Shown here: piece by piece, positions 16,412 through 24,445 of the stretch | Layout of the letters: each line of letters starts with the position of its first letter | How positions within the stretch are numbered: position 1 is the stretch's first letter | From: an uncultured Pseudomonadota bacterium | GTDB taxonomy: Bacteria > Babelota > Babeliae > Babelales > RVW-14 | Assembly (NCBI GenBank): GCA_964493325.1 | Contig: CAZBMD010000001.1 | Location: 133,022-197,021 of the forward strand | Reading direction: 5' to 3' | DNA length: 64,000 nt | Notes under the pieces: generated by a model | Database searches by the model: none | Told to the model about the DNA's origin: nothing | What the model saw: the letters and a program-made list of their open reading frames with translations, nothing else | Translations under genes and position numbers: made by a program

Positions 16412-17207
16412 AACGCTCCTTTTTTTTGAGTCGAATCTTTGGTTTTTTGTGCCTATGAGATTGCTTTTGGTCTAAGTTTTTAGGTGCAAGTATTAGTTCA
16501 TTGATGGCCAATAATGCTTGTTCGCTATCTACAAAATTCTGATTTTTGCTTCCTACATCAATACGTAATTGATTGAATTCTATTTGTAGTTTGTAAGATT
16601 CAAGCTGGTATTGGTTTTTAATGACAGCAATAAGAGCGTGCACTTCGATGGATTTTTTGATGCACGATAGAAACGAGTCAAAAATAAATGTGCGATATTT
16701 TTTACTGTTGGATGACGAGTTATATCTCCAATTTTTAACAGTTTTACACGAAATTTTTGTATCAGACGATGGATGATTTTGTATTTTTGGCTGTTGGTGA
16801 TTATTTTTATTAATTATTTGATACATGATTTTTGCGGCGAGAATAAAGTCGTTTTCAGAGAGACCGTTAATTGAGTGAGTATAGATGATAAGATTGATAG
16901 ATTTGTCAGCTATTTCGAAGTTTGCGTGATGCCCCTCTGTTTCGCAGATAGATGCTATCTTGTCAATAAAATTATACAGCTGCTCGTGAGTGGTGAATGT
17001 GAATTTTTTGAAAATTTTATTGTCATTATCAGCGCGCCATTGGCCTGGTAGTCTTTTGATCAAAGAGTGGATCTGCTTTGATGAAAGTTTTTTGATATTG
17101 TTATTGTGGCACGGTTCACAGTATTGATTATATAAAGAGTTTTTATTCTGCGCAGCCACCGTAAAAGGTATGAACAGCAAAAGCGAGAGACTTATTGAGA
17201 TAAACAT
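16401..17207 (-). CDS. Signal-peptide protein with one canonical and one degenerate pterin-4a-carbinolamine dehydratase (PCD/DCoH) domain
   Basis: Domain 1 is CEPC...LPGQWRADNDNKIFKKFTFTTHEQLYNFIDKIASICETEGHHANFEI...IYTHSINGLSENDFILAAKI. It matches the bacterial PhhB pattern (CEAC...W...F.F..F..A..F...V....E..HHP....TH...GL..ND...A). Domain 2 repeats the layout, but HHP is replaced by NQYQ. Confidence 0.65.
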   Translation of the reverse strand: MFISISLSLLLFIPFTVAAQNKNSLYNQYCEPCHNNNIKKLSSKQIHSLIKRLPGQWRADNDNKIFKKFTFTTHEQLYNFIDKIASICETEGHHANFEIADKSINLIIYTHSINGLSENDFILAAKIMYQIINKNNHQQPKIQNHPSSDTKISCKTVKNWRYNSSSNSKKYRTFIFDSFLSCIKKSIEVHALIAVIKNQYQLESYKLQIEFNQLRIDVGSKNQNFVDSEQALLAINELILAPKNLDQKQSHRHKKPKIRLKKKERFIK

Positions 17208-17380
17208 AATAGTAGCCCTATTTTTTTTAACAGAGATGATTTAACGAAGAGATTATTGCAGAATTATTTTTTTTAAATCAATGAAAAAATTAAAAGAGCT
17301 AAGATGGTAGGCTTGTAGCAAGCTGGGAGATTTTTTTGAGTCTGAAGGGATCGTTAAATCTCTTCAGACTCAGAGTGTGG

Positions 17381-18631
17381 TTAGTGACTTATGCATTCGA
17401 CAAGATCGCGGTTGAGATAATTGTCAACAGCTTCTCTTTCCATCATTTTTTTAAAGAGATGAATAAGTAAAAAGCTCAGTGTGTCTTGCGCATCGATCAT
17501 ATCTTGTGGTGCAATAGCGGCTGAACTGAGGTGATCATTTGGCTTCATATCTGATTTATGTTTTTCGATAAAATCAGCAGACTCATCAGAAAGTGGTTTG
17601 GCTGGTAACTTCCAATATCCGCCAAGATAATTGATAACTGGTGGTTGATTTTGATAGTGATGAATGGTGAAGACAAGCCGCATTGTTCCATCAAATTCCT
17701 GCATATTCCCATTTCCATCTACGTCAACACTAATTGGTTTTGACTCTACAAATTCTTCAACTAAAAATTTATCGTTAGTATCAAATGCCCAGTAGCCGTA
17801 CGTATGATCGATGCCAAAATCGGCGAGCTCTTGAGGGCGAAGTAGGATTTGCTGAAGCATGTTTTCTAAATTGTCTCTTTCAACAATAATGACGCCTCGA
17901 CCTCGGCAAGAATTGATTGGTTTGATAACGAAAAACGATCCACCAATATTGCTGGTAATTTCATTTGCCAGAGCAGGGGTATATTCCTTGGAGCATGTTA
18001 TACATTTTGGTCTAAAACAAGCAGAGAAGTCATCGTCGAACAGCATATTAGTATTGTATTTACTGTTTACATACTTATTGGATATATCTCCAACAAAGCG
18101 TACTTGCGGAAATATTTTTTTAAATTTCTCTATAGATCGATATGGCCTTCCATATCGGACCATAGCAATGGCTTTATAATCTCTGCAGGCTTGAGTTTTT
18201 ATGACACCATCTTCGTTTCGTAGCAATTCTTTAATTTGATTTTTTAAATCAGAAATACCATTTGTTGCGGTACCGCCCATAGAAAAAAAATAGTCCGGCG
18301 CCATATCTTCCCTGTGTTCGACATCGTTCATACGGATGCCCCACATTGGTACGTTAAAGGTTCGAAGATAGTCCCAAAAGTTTTTCCATAACATCTGAGG
18401 GCCATAGAGTTTTTCGTGTCCTTTAAACTTTGAGCGAGGTCCTTCCCCAAATTCAAGAACTTTTATTTCTCCTCGTTCAAGGAATTTCATATCAGCAATA
18501 CAAAAAGCTATATGATCAGGAAGCGGTGTCGCGCCTTGATTTTGTGTAGCTGTGCTATTTGTTTCTGTAATTAACTGAGAAAATATTGATGTGCCTAGAA
18601 ATAACAAAAATAAATAATGCCGATTATTCAT
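17381..18631 (-). CDS. Signal-peptide ATP-grasp-like protein (RimK/tubulin-tyrosine-ligase-like fold, tentative)
   Basis: FFVIKPINSCRGRGVIIV resembles the ATP-grasp phosphate loop. FLVEEFVESKPI...EFDGTMRLVFTI resembles the hinge/central sheet. The N-terminus MNNRHYLFLLFLGTSIFSQ looks like a signal peptide. Confidence 0.4.
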   Translation of the reverse strand: MNNRHYLFLLFLGTSIFSQLITETNSTATQNQGATPLPDHIAFCIADMKFLERGEIKVLEFGEGPRSKFKGHEKLYGPQMLWKNFWDYLRTFNVPMWGIRMNDVEHREDMAPDYFFSMGGTATNGISDLKNQIKELLRNEDGVIKTQACRDYKAIAMVRYGRPYRSIEKFKKIFPQVRFVGDISNKYVNSKYNTNMLFDDDFSACFRPKCITCSKEYTPALANEITSNIGGSFFVIKPINSCRGRGVIIVERDNLENMLQQILLRPQELADFGIDHTYGYWAFDTNDKFLVEEFVESKPISVDVDGNGNMQEFDGTMRLVFTIHHYQNQPPVINYLGGYWKLPAKPLSDESADFIEKHKSDMKPNDHLSSAAIAPQDMIDAQDTLSFLLIHLFKKMMEREAVDNYLNRDLVECISH

Positions 18632-18718
18632 ATTTCAACTCCCCCCTAAAATCTGATTTATTGTATAATAAATCGATTGTTTAACTAAAAATTACCCCTT
18701 GGATTCCAGGCTAACTTA

Positions 18719-18767
18719 AAAGTATTTTAATTTTCAAGAATTACGAATTTGAAAATTAAAATACTTT
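18719..18767 (-). terminator. Perfect 19-bp inverted repeat, likely a terminator of the response-regulator gene (an operator is also possible)
   Basis: aaagtattttaattttcaa (18719-18737) / ttgaaaattaaaatacttt (18749-18767), with an 11-nt spacer. On the minus strand a U-rich TTTTAAGTT follows. Confidence 0.45.
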
Positions 18768-18802
18768 AGGGCTGTGAATTTATGAATAACTAGGGAGATT
18801 AT

Positions 18803-20110
18803 TTAGGATTTTGCGACTAAATTGAGCTTGAATATGCGATCTTTAAGGTCTGGAAGAGATATATTAAGTTGATTACTCATTTGGGAGAGGTCGAAGTGGT
18901 GTTTTTTTAGTAAATGGAGAAAAAACTCTTTTTCAAAACGCTCAGTTGCTTCTTGCAATGAGTCAAATTTTGTAAATAGTTGCTCGTCAACTAAGCATTG
19001 CTCTGATTCGGGAAGCGTTGATTCAACCATAGTTGGGGTAATAATAGTTTCTTCGTAGGTTGTAAGTGCTACGAGTCGTTCAATAATACTTTTGAGCTGA
19101 GTAACGTTTCCAGTCCAAGAGTAGTTTCGTAAAAGGCGCAATCCTCGAGAGCTCATGACTGCTGATTTGCTTTGTTTGTTGTTTGCGTTATCTATGAAAT
19201 ATTCGATAAGAAGAGGGATATCGTAGCGCCTCTTGTTCAGAGGAGCTATTTCAAGAGGGACAATGTTGAGTTTGTAAAAAAGCGTTTTGTTAAAAGATCC
19301 GCTTTGAACAAGTGAAAAAAGCTGCACTGATGTCGAGGCGATTATTTTTATATTGTCAGCGTGCGAACTTATAAAAGATAAAACATATTTCTGATTTTCT
19401 AGTGAAAGTTCATGAATGTTTTTAAAAAATACACAACCTTCTAGGGCTTCTTGAAGCTTATCCTGAATATTGTTGCTGGTGCAATCAATGGTAAGTATGG
19501 GTTTGTTGTTGTATTTGCTTATTGAATGAATATAGCGAGCAAAAAGAGTTTTGCCTGTTCCATGTTGCCCATAGATTAAAATAGGATAGTTAAGTGTTGC
19601 AACATTTCTGATTTGTCTGATCAATTCAAGAAAAAGCGTACTTGCTCCAACAATTCCAAAATCTCTTAGATTATATTCGCTGTTATTAAGAGGGATAAGT
19701 GAAGAGTCAGAGTCTTTTTTTAGAAAAGATAACTTACGTAAGATTTCTTCAAAATTGAGAGGTTTCTCAATAAAATCGCGCGCTCCTCGCTTGACTGCAT
19801 CTACGGCGATAGGAACGGTTCCAAATCCTGAAATGATAATGACTTGTTGTGCTGGATATTCTTGTTTTATACGCTCCAGGATATCAAGCCCATTGATGTT
19901 GGGCATAAAAACATCAAGGAGTACAACGTCGGGAACAAGAGACCCAAGTTTTTCTAGTGTTTTGCTGCCGTCTTGCAGTGTTTCGACGCAAAATCCTTCA
20001 TCTTCTAGAGAATCTTGTAGTGTTTGTAAGATAGCTGGTTCATCATCAACAATAAGAACGAGTGGTTGGTTTGTGGTAGAAAAAGCCGAGTTGCGGGACA
20101 TGGTGGTCAT
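18803..20110 (-). CDS. NtrC-family response regulator (REC + degenerate AAA+ + Fis-type HTH)
   Basis: REC: LIVDDEP, LLDVFMPNINGLD, FIEKPL. AAA+: GQHGTGKT Walker A and GNVTQLKSIIERL (GNVREL-like), but no GAFTGA, and FFKNIHEL stands where hhhhDE belongs. C-terminal HTH. ATGA overlap with mlaF. Confidence 0.75.
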   Translation of the reverse strand: MTTMSRNSAFSTTNQPLVLIVDDEPAILQTLQDSLEDEGFCVETLQDGSKTLEKLGSLVPDVVLLDVFMPNINGLDILERIKQEYPAQQVIIISGFGTVPIAVDAVKRGARDFIEKPLNFEEILRKLSFLKKDSDSSLIPLNNSEYNLRDFGIVGASTLFLELIRQIRNVATLNYPILIYGQHGTGKTLFARYIHSISKYNNKPILTIDCTSNNIQDKLQEALEGCVFFKNIHELSLENQKYVLSFISSHADNIKIIASTSVQLFSLVQSGSFNKTLFYKLNIVPLEIAPLNKRRYDIPLLIEYFIDNANNKQSKSAVMSSRGLRLLRNYSWTGNVTQLKSIIERLVALTTYEETIITPTMVESTLPESEQCLVDEQLFTKFDSLQEATERFEKEFFLHLLKKHHFDLSQMSNQLNISLPDLKDRIFKLNLVAKS

Positions 20111-20865
20111 GGTTGTATAAATCCAATCTGTTTAATTGGGCCTTCAGGAAGGCCGCGAATGAATTGATATATAAATGGATCAGTGCTTTCCCAGATAGAG
20201 CTGGCTGGACCCTTAAAAATTATCTTGCCCTCATGAAGCATTGCGACTTGTGTTGCGTATTTAAATACTTCAATATCATGAGAGATGACGATAGTTGTTA
20301 TTTTTTGTTCGATGTGTGTTTGTTGAATGAGTTCATGAATCAGTCTAACGGTAATGGGATCAAGGCCTGTTGTAGGCTCGTCATAGATGAGGACCTGAGG
20401 ACTGAGCATTAGTGTGCGCGCAAGGCCAACACGTTTTTTCATACCGCCAGATAGTTCATCTGGAAATTTTTCAAGAACATCTTCTGACAGTCCCACACTT
20501 TTGAGCTTTTGAACAACAATCGGTCGAACTTTTTCGGGATCAACGCCTTCTTCAAGAAGAGTAATGCCAACATTTTCAAAAACGTTTAAAGAGTCAAGAA
20601 GGGCTGCAAATTGGAAGACGTAGCCGCATTTTTTAAAAATATTACTCAGTTTTCGTTGGTCAAATGTCGTGATGTCTTGTCCATCAATGATGACTTGTCC
20701 GCTATCTGGTGTGATCAATCCAATGATTTGCTTGAGCAGTACAGATTTACCCTCACCAGATCGACCGATGATAGCGAGAAACTCTCCTTTTTCAATAGAG
20801 AGATCAAGCCCGTCGGTGATTACTTTTGATCCGAATGATTTTCGGAGGCCTTTAATGGTAATCAT
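20107..20865 (-). CDS. mlaF: ABC transporter ATP-binding protein, MlaF-type
   Basis: GRSGEGKSVLLK, LSGGMKKRVGLARTL and LIYDEPTTGLDP. It is paired with an MlaE-type permease. Confidence 0.85.
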   Translation of the reverse strand: MITIKGLRKSFGSKVITDGLDLSIEKGEFLAIIGRSGEGKSVLLKQIIGLITPDSGQVIIDGQDITTFDQRKLSNIFKKCGYVFQFAALLDSLNVFENVGITLLEEGVDPEKVRPIVVQKLKSVGLSEDVLEKFPDELSGGMKKRVGLARTLMLSPQVLIYDEPTTGLDPITVRLIHELIQQTHIEQKITTIVISHDIEVFKYATQVAMLHEGKIIFKGPASSIWESTDPFIYQFIRGLPEGPIKQIGFIQP

Positions 20866-21650
20866 TTTGTAAACATCAATGAAATTAAAATATAGTCAGC
20901 GATAACAACGGTAAGAATAGAATATACCACACTTTGTGTGATCGCAATACCAACGCCTTTAGCCCCACCTCGCGCATAAAAACCTTTGTAGGTGCTGATG
21001 ACGGCAAGAATAAATCCAAAGATGATGGCTTTAAAAAGACCGCTGGTGATATCAGAAATTTCAACGTTTGATATGATTGATTCCATGTAAATTTCTGGAT
21101 TAATATTGAGTACATGAACCGACATAACATAGCCGGCAGTAATCCCAAAAAATGAGCAGAAAACAGAAAGAAATGGAAGAATAAGGGTGCTTGCAACAAT
21201 ACGGGGTACAACAAGGTACTGATTAGTATTGATACAAAGTGTTTGTAGGGCATCTATTTGTTCAGTGATGCGCATGGTGCCAATTTCTGCAGTGATTGCT
21301 GAACCAGCTCGTCCTATTACCATGATAGCACTAAATACTGGGCCAAATTCTCGAGTCATTGATAAAAAAACAATGGGGCCAATGAACTGAGTGGCCCCAA
21401 AACGTTCAAGTCCAATATAACTTTGTAGTGCAATTACAGCGCCAATTGTGATACCTACAAGAAACACAATGCCCAAAGATCCAACACCTATGTAACTCAT
21501 GTGATAAAAAACTTTTTTCAACTTTAGTTTTGTCGTGAAAAGAGTTACTAAGGCGCCGTATGCAAATACTCCTATGTCACCAACTCGATTACAGCTGTCA
21601 AGGAATTTTGCACCAAGATAGTCGACAAATTTTAACATTATGGCAAGCAT
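20862..21650 (-). CDS. mlaE: ABC transporter permease, MlaE-type
   Basis: MTREFGPVFSAIMVIGRAGSAITAEIGTMRITEQIDAL matches the MlaE/YrbE signature region. Confidence 0.85.
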   Translation of the reverse strand: MLAIMLKFVDYLGAKFLDSCNRVGDIGVFAYGALVTLFTTKLKLKKVFYHMSYIGVGSLGIVFLVGITIGAVIALQSYIGLERFGATQFIGPIVFLSMTREFGPVFSAIMVIGRAGSAITAEIGTMRITEQIDALQTLCINTNQYLVVPRIVASTLILPFLSVFCSFFGITAGYVMSVHVLNINPEIYMESIISNVEISDITSGLFKAIIFGFILAVISTYKGFYARGGAKGVGIAITQSVVYSILTVVIADYILISLMFTK

Positions 21651-21689
21651 CGACGTTAATCCTCTTGGTCAGGGAGTAGCGATAGTTTT

Positions 21690-22070
21690 TTAAGCGTCTT
21701 GATTACTGAGGTCTTCTTCTGAAGCCTGTTCATAGTCTTCTTCTGAGCCGTCTGTTGATTTTGTATCAAGTCCGACCAAAGATTTGGTGGGAGTATTTTG
21801 TTTTTGAGAGACAGCAAAGCCTGATAAGCGAGAAGATTGCGCTTCTTTTTTTTTGAGAATGGTTAAGCCGAGTGCTCCCAAAATAAACAAAGTACCCAAG
21901 GTCCATGTCGTTTTTTCAAAGAATCCCTGGCCTCCAGATCCGCCAAAAAGCAACTGGCCGCCGCCGCCAAGGCTGCCCATGCCCATGTCGCCTTTGCCTT
22001 GCTGAATGAGGATGAAAAGCGCTAATAAGAAACTAAGAATAATGAAAAGGGTCATTAATAAAATAAACAT
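21690..22070 (-). CDS. secG: Preprotein translocase subunit SecG with acidic C-terminal tail
   Basis: LIQQGKGDMGMGSLGGGGQLLFGGSGG, two TM segments, and conserved tpiA-secG synteny. Confidence 0.85.
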   Translation of the reverse strand: MFILLMTLFIILSFLLALFILIQQGKGDMGMGSLGGGGQLLFGGSGGQGFFEKTTWTLGTLFILGALGLTILKKKEAQSSRLSGFAVSQKQNTPTKSLVGLDTKSTDGSEEDYEQASEEDLSNQDA

Positions 22071-22127
22071 TTTTCCTCATCGTTGATAAATTTTACAAAA
22101 TACAAATTTTTCTCTTACCTAATCTCT

Positions 22128-22889
22128 TTAAGTATAGTGTACTATTTTTTCTAATTCTTGAAAGTCTAAACTTGTTCGGCCAATTAAAAACCCATTCAGA
22201 AGAGGTATGGCTTTGCATGATGATATGTTTTCAGGGCTTATGCTTCCGCCGTAAATAAGCTTCCACTTTACAAAAGGGGCTATTTTATGAGCTTTTTCGT
22301 GTATCCATGATAAAACAAGTTCGATGTGGTCGCTGGATGCAACTTTTCCGCTTCCTATCGCCCAAACGGGTTCGTAGGCGATACAAATGGTCGGTTTGCT
22401 TGCTTGGTATTTTGTCGCAAGATTAAATAATCCTTCTAATTGATTATGAAGCGTTTCAATGGTTGTTCCATTGGTATATTGTTCGGCTGTTTCGCCAATA
22501 CAGAAAATTGGGGTGATATTGTGATCCAAAAGCTTATCTGCTTTGTGTGTAATAATAGCATCAGTTTCTTTGTTGTGTGTTCGTCTTTCGCTGTGTCCAA
22601 TGATGGCGTACGAACATCCTAGTTGTTGCAGGCTAACTACCGATGTTTGGCCGGTAAAAGCTCCGCGTGTATGTTCAGAACAATCTTGTGAGCCTAGTAT
22701 GATATCGGAATTTTTTAAGATTTGCGCAAGTGGATAGAGGACTTCTGTTGAAGGACACAAAATAATTTGATGAGGGGCATGTGTAGAGAGTTGAATGAGT
22801 GCGTCGTAATTTTTTGAAACAAATGCAAGAGCTTCGTTAAATGAAAACGACATCTTCCAATTAGCGATGTAAAGATGTGCTGACTTCAT
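22128..22889 (-). CDS. tpiA: Triosephosphate isomerase
   Basis: IANWKM, AIIGHSERR, CIGE and YEPVWAIGSG motifs. The ORF extends to 22997, but ATG 22889 with an AAGGA RBS gives the canonical N-terminus. Confidence 0.92.
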   Translation of the reverse strand: MKSAHLYIANWKMSFSFNEALAFVSKNYDALIQLSTHAPHQIILCPSTEVLYPLAQILKNSDIILGSQDCSEHTRGAFTGQTSVVSLQQLGCSYAIIGHSERRTHNKETDAIITHKADKLLDHNITPIFCIGETAEQYTNGTTIETLHNQLEGLFNLATKYQASKPTICIAYEPVWAIGSGKVASSDHIELVLSWIHEKAHKIAPFVKWKLIYGGSISPENISSCKAIPLLNGFLIGRTSLDFQELEKIVHYT

Positions 22890-23132
22890 GATGATCCTTG
22901 AATATGAATTAACAATGAAAAAATATTTTTGAGCATTCAGTATTCTAAAAATATCTATGTATTTTGTGAAGATATATTGCATTCGACAAATGTGCAAGCC
23001 GCTGTAGATTTGCTAAAAAGAGCAATGTGTGTTCTTGACTAAAGCTAAATTTGCCGTAAGATCAAAGCTTGAATTTGAAGCACTTTTCATTAGATAAATC
23101 TTATAAAATTTTACGTGGCACGTTGGTGGATA

Positions 23133-24434
23133 ATGAAGTATCAGCTAAATCGCCTTTGCAGGGTAGTTTTTCTTAGTGTTTTTTTGTGGACACCCTTGCA
23201 ATCAAGTCACAATTCAAGTAGATATTTTCCGTTTCTTGAGCGTATTCAAAACGCTTCTGAACACCAGTATTCACATGTTGATCTGTCTCTTTTTTATACG
23301 ACAGCCCCAACAGCTATTCGACGCGGCGGTGGAACAACTGGTATTCAAGAGCTCTGGGGGAAATACGATCTTAAAGATGTCATTAGCAGTTTACAGGCAG
23401 TTCAAGGTTCATTGCTTACTCCAATTGAAGATGTCACCGGCACAACTGACTTAGTTGGTAAATCTTTACGATTTGACGTGAATAACAAAGTACGTTCACA
23501 TGGTTTGACATTGCAATATGAACAAAAAATTAGTAGCCATGGATTATTTGTTGGGGCCTGGTTACCTGTTATGCGTGTACTTGTGTCGAGCCGATATATT
23601 TTTAACCGCAAGGCGTCAAGTGATGAAATTGCAAATTCAACTCTTTCTGCACAACTACAACAGGCTCAAGATTTGCAGATTGATAAAATTCGCCGCAATG
23701 TTCACGAAGAACTTGGGTTCAAAAATAATTATTGGGATAAAACTGGATTTGGTGATCTTGATTTGTATCTTAAGTGGAGTCATTATCTTGATCATAAATT
23801 ATTGATGAAGAGTATTACGGTTAGTGCGACAGGTGGTATAACTCTTCCAACAGGAGCTCTTTCTGATAAAAACAATCCAATATCAGTGTCGTTTATGGGG
23901 AATGGACATTGTGGATTGTATCTTGATATCATGCCCGAATTTGAACTAAAGCAAGATTGGAAAGTGGGTATTTTATTTGGTGCTACGTATCAATTTAAAA
24001 ACTCCCGAACATTACGTTTGTCTGTTGATGCAGAGCCGACGGTTTTTAGTGCACTTACTGGTCGCGTAGAAATTAATCCGGGTGGAACGCTTAAGTTTTC
24101 TCCTTTCCTAACAATTGAAAATATTGGTGATGGGTGGCACTTTCAGGTCCGTTATACCTATTTAAGACATGCTAAAGATACATGGCGAGATATACGGTTC
24201 GATAAAACTATTCAAAGTTATCTACAAAAGGACTTTAATACAATTAAAGAAAAAGAAGAATTATCATTATGGCGTTCTCATTATGTCTCATTTCAGTTAT
24301 TATATGACTCAGTTAGCGCGATGAAAAAATACTGTATGAAGCCGGCTTTTTATTTGACATACGACATGCCGCTCAATGGAAACGGAATGGCACAAACGCA
24401 TCAGCTGTCGCTGGGTGCGAAATTGCATTTTTAG
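23133..24434 (+). CDS. Putative outer-membrane beta-barrel protein
   Basis: Signal peptide (LCRVVFLSVFLWTPLQSS), alternating amphipathic strands, and a C-terminal ...LSLGAKLHF ending in Phe. The ORF track begins at GTG 23115. Confidence 0.5.
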   Translation: MKYQLNRLCRVVFLSVFLWTPLQSSHNSSRYFPFLERIQNASEHQYSHVDLSLFYTTAPTAIRRGGGTTGIQELWGKYDLKDVISSLQAVQGSLLTPIEDVTGTTDLVGKSLRFDVNNKVRSHGLTLQYEQKISSHGLFVGAWLPVMRVLVSSRYIFNRKASSDEIANSTLSAQLQQAQDLQIDKIRRNVHEELGFKNNYWDKTGFGDLDLYLKWSHYLDHKLLMKSITVSATGGITLPTGALSDKNNPISVSFMGNGHCGLYLDIMPEFELKQDWKVGILFGATYQFKNSRTLRLSVDAEPTVFSALTGRVEINPGGTLKFSPFLTIENIGDGWHFQVRYTYLRHAKDTWRDIRFDKTIQSYLQKDFNTIKEKEELSLWRSHYVSFQLLYDSVSAMKKYCMKPAFYLTYDMPLNGNGMAQTHQLSLGAKLHF

Positions 24435-24445
24435 GGGATAGATTC

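Noticed and set aside
17080-17100. C-E-P-C-H in the PCD-like protein read as a CxxCH c-type heme-binding motif
   Set aside because: Bacterial PhhB/PCD proteins carry a conserved C-E-A-C at exactly this position ahead of the ...P-x-W... motif. The following His is most simply coincidental, and no other cytochrome features are present.
17338-17371. 13-bp stem-loop (gagtctgaaggga / tctcttcagactc) just downstream of the ATP-grasp gene, considered as its intrinsic terminator
   Set aside because: In the direction of transcription (minus strand) the hairpin is followed by A7, not a U-tract. The T7 run lies on the wrong side for either strand. It may be a stabilising hairpin, but it is not a canonical terminator.
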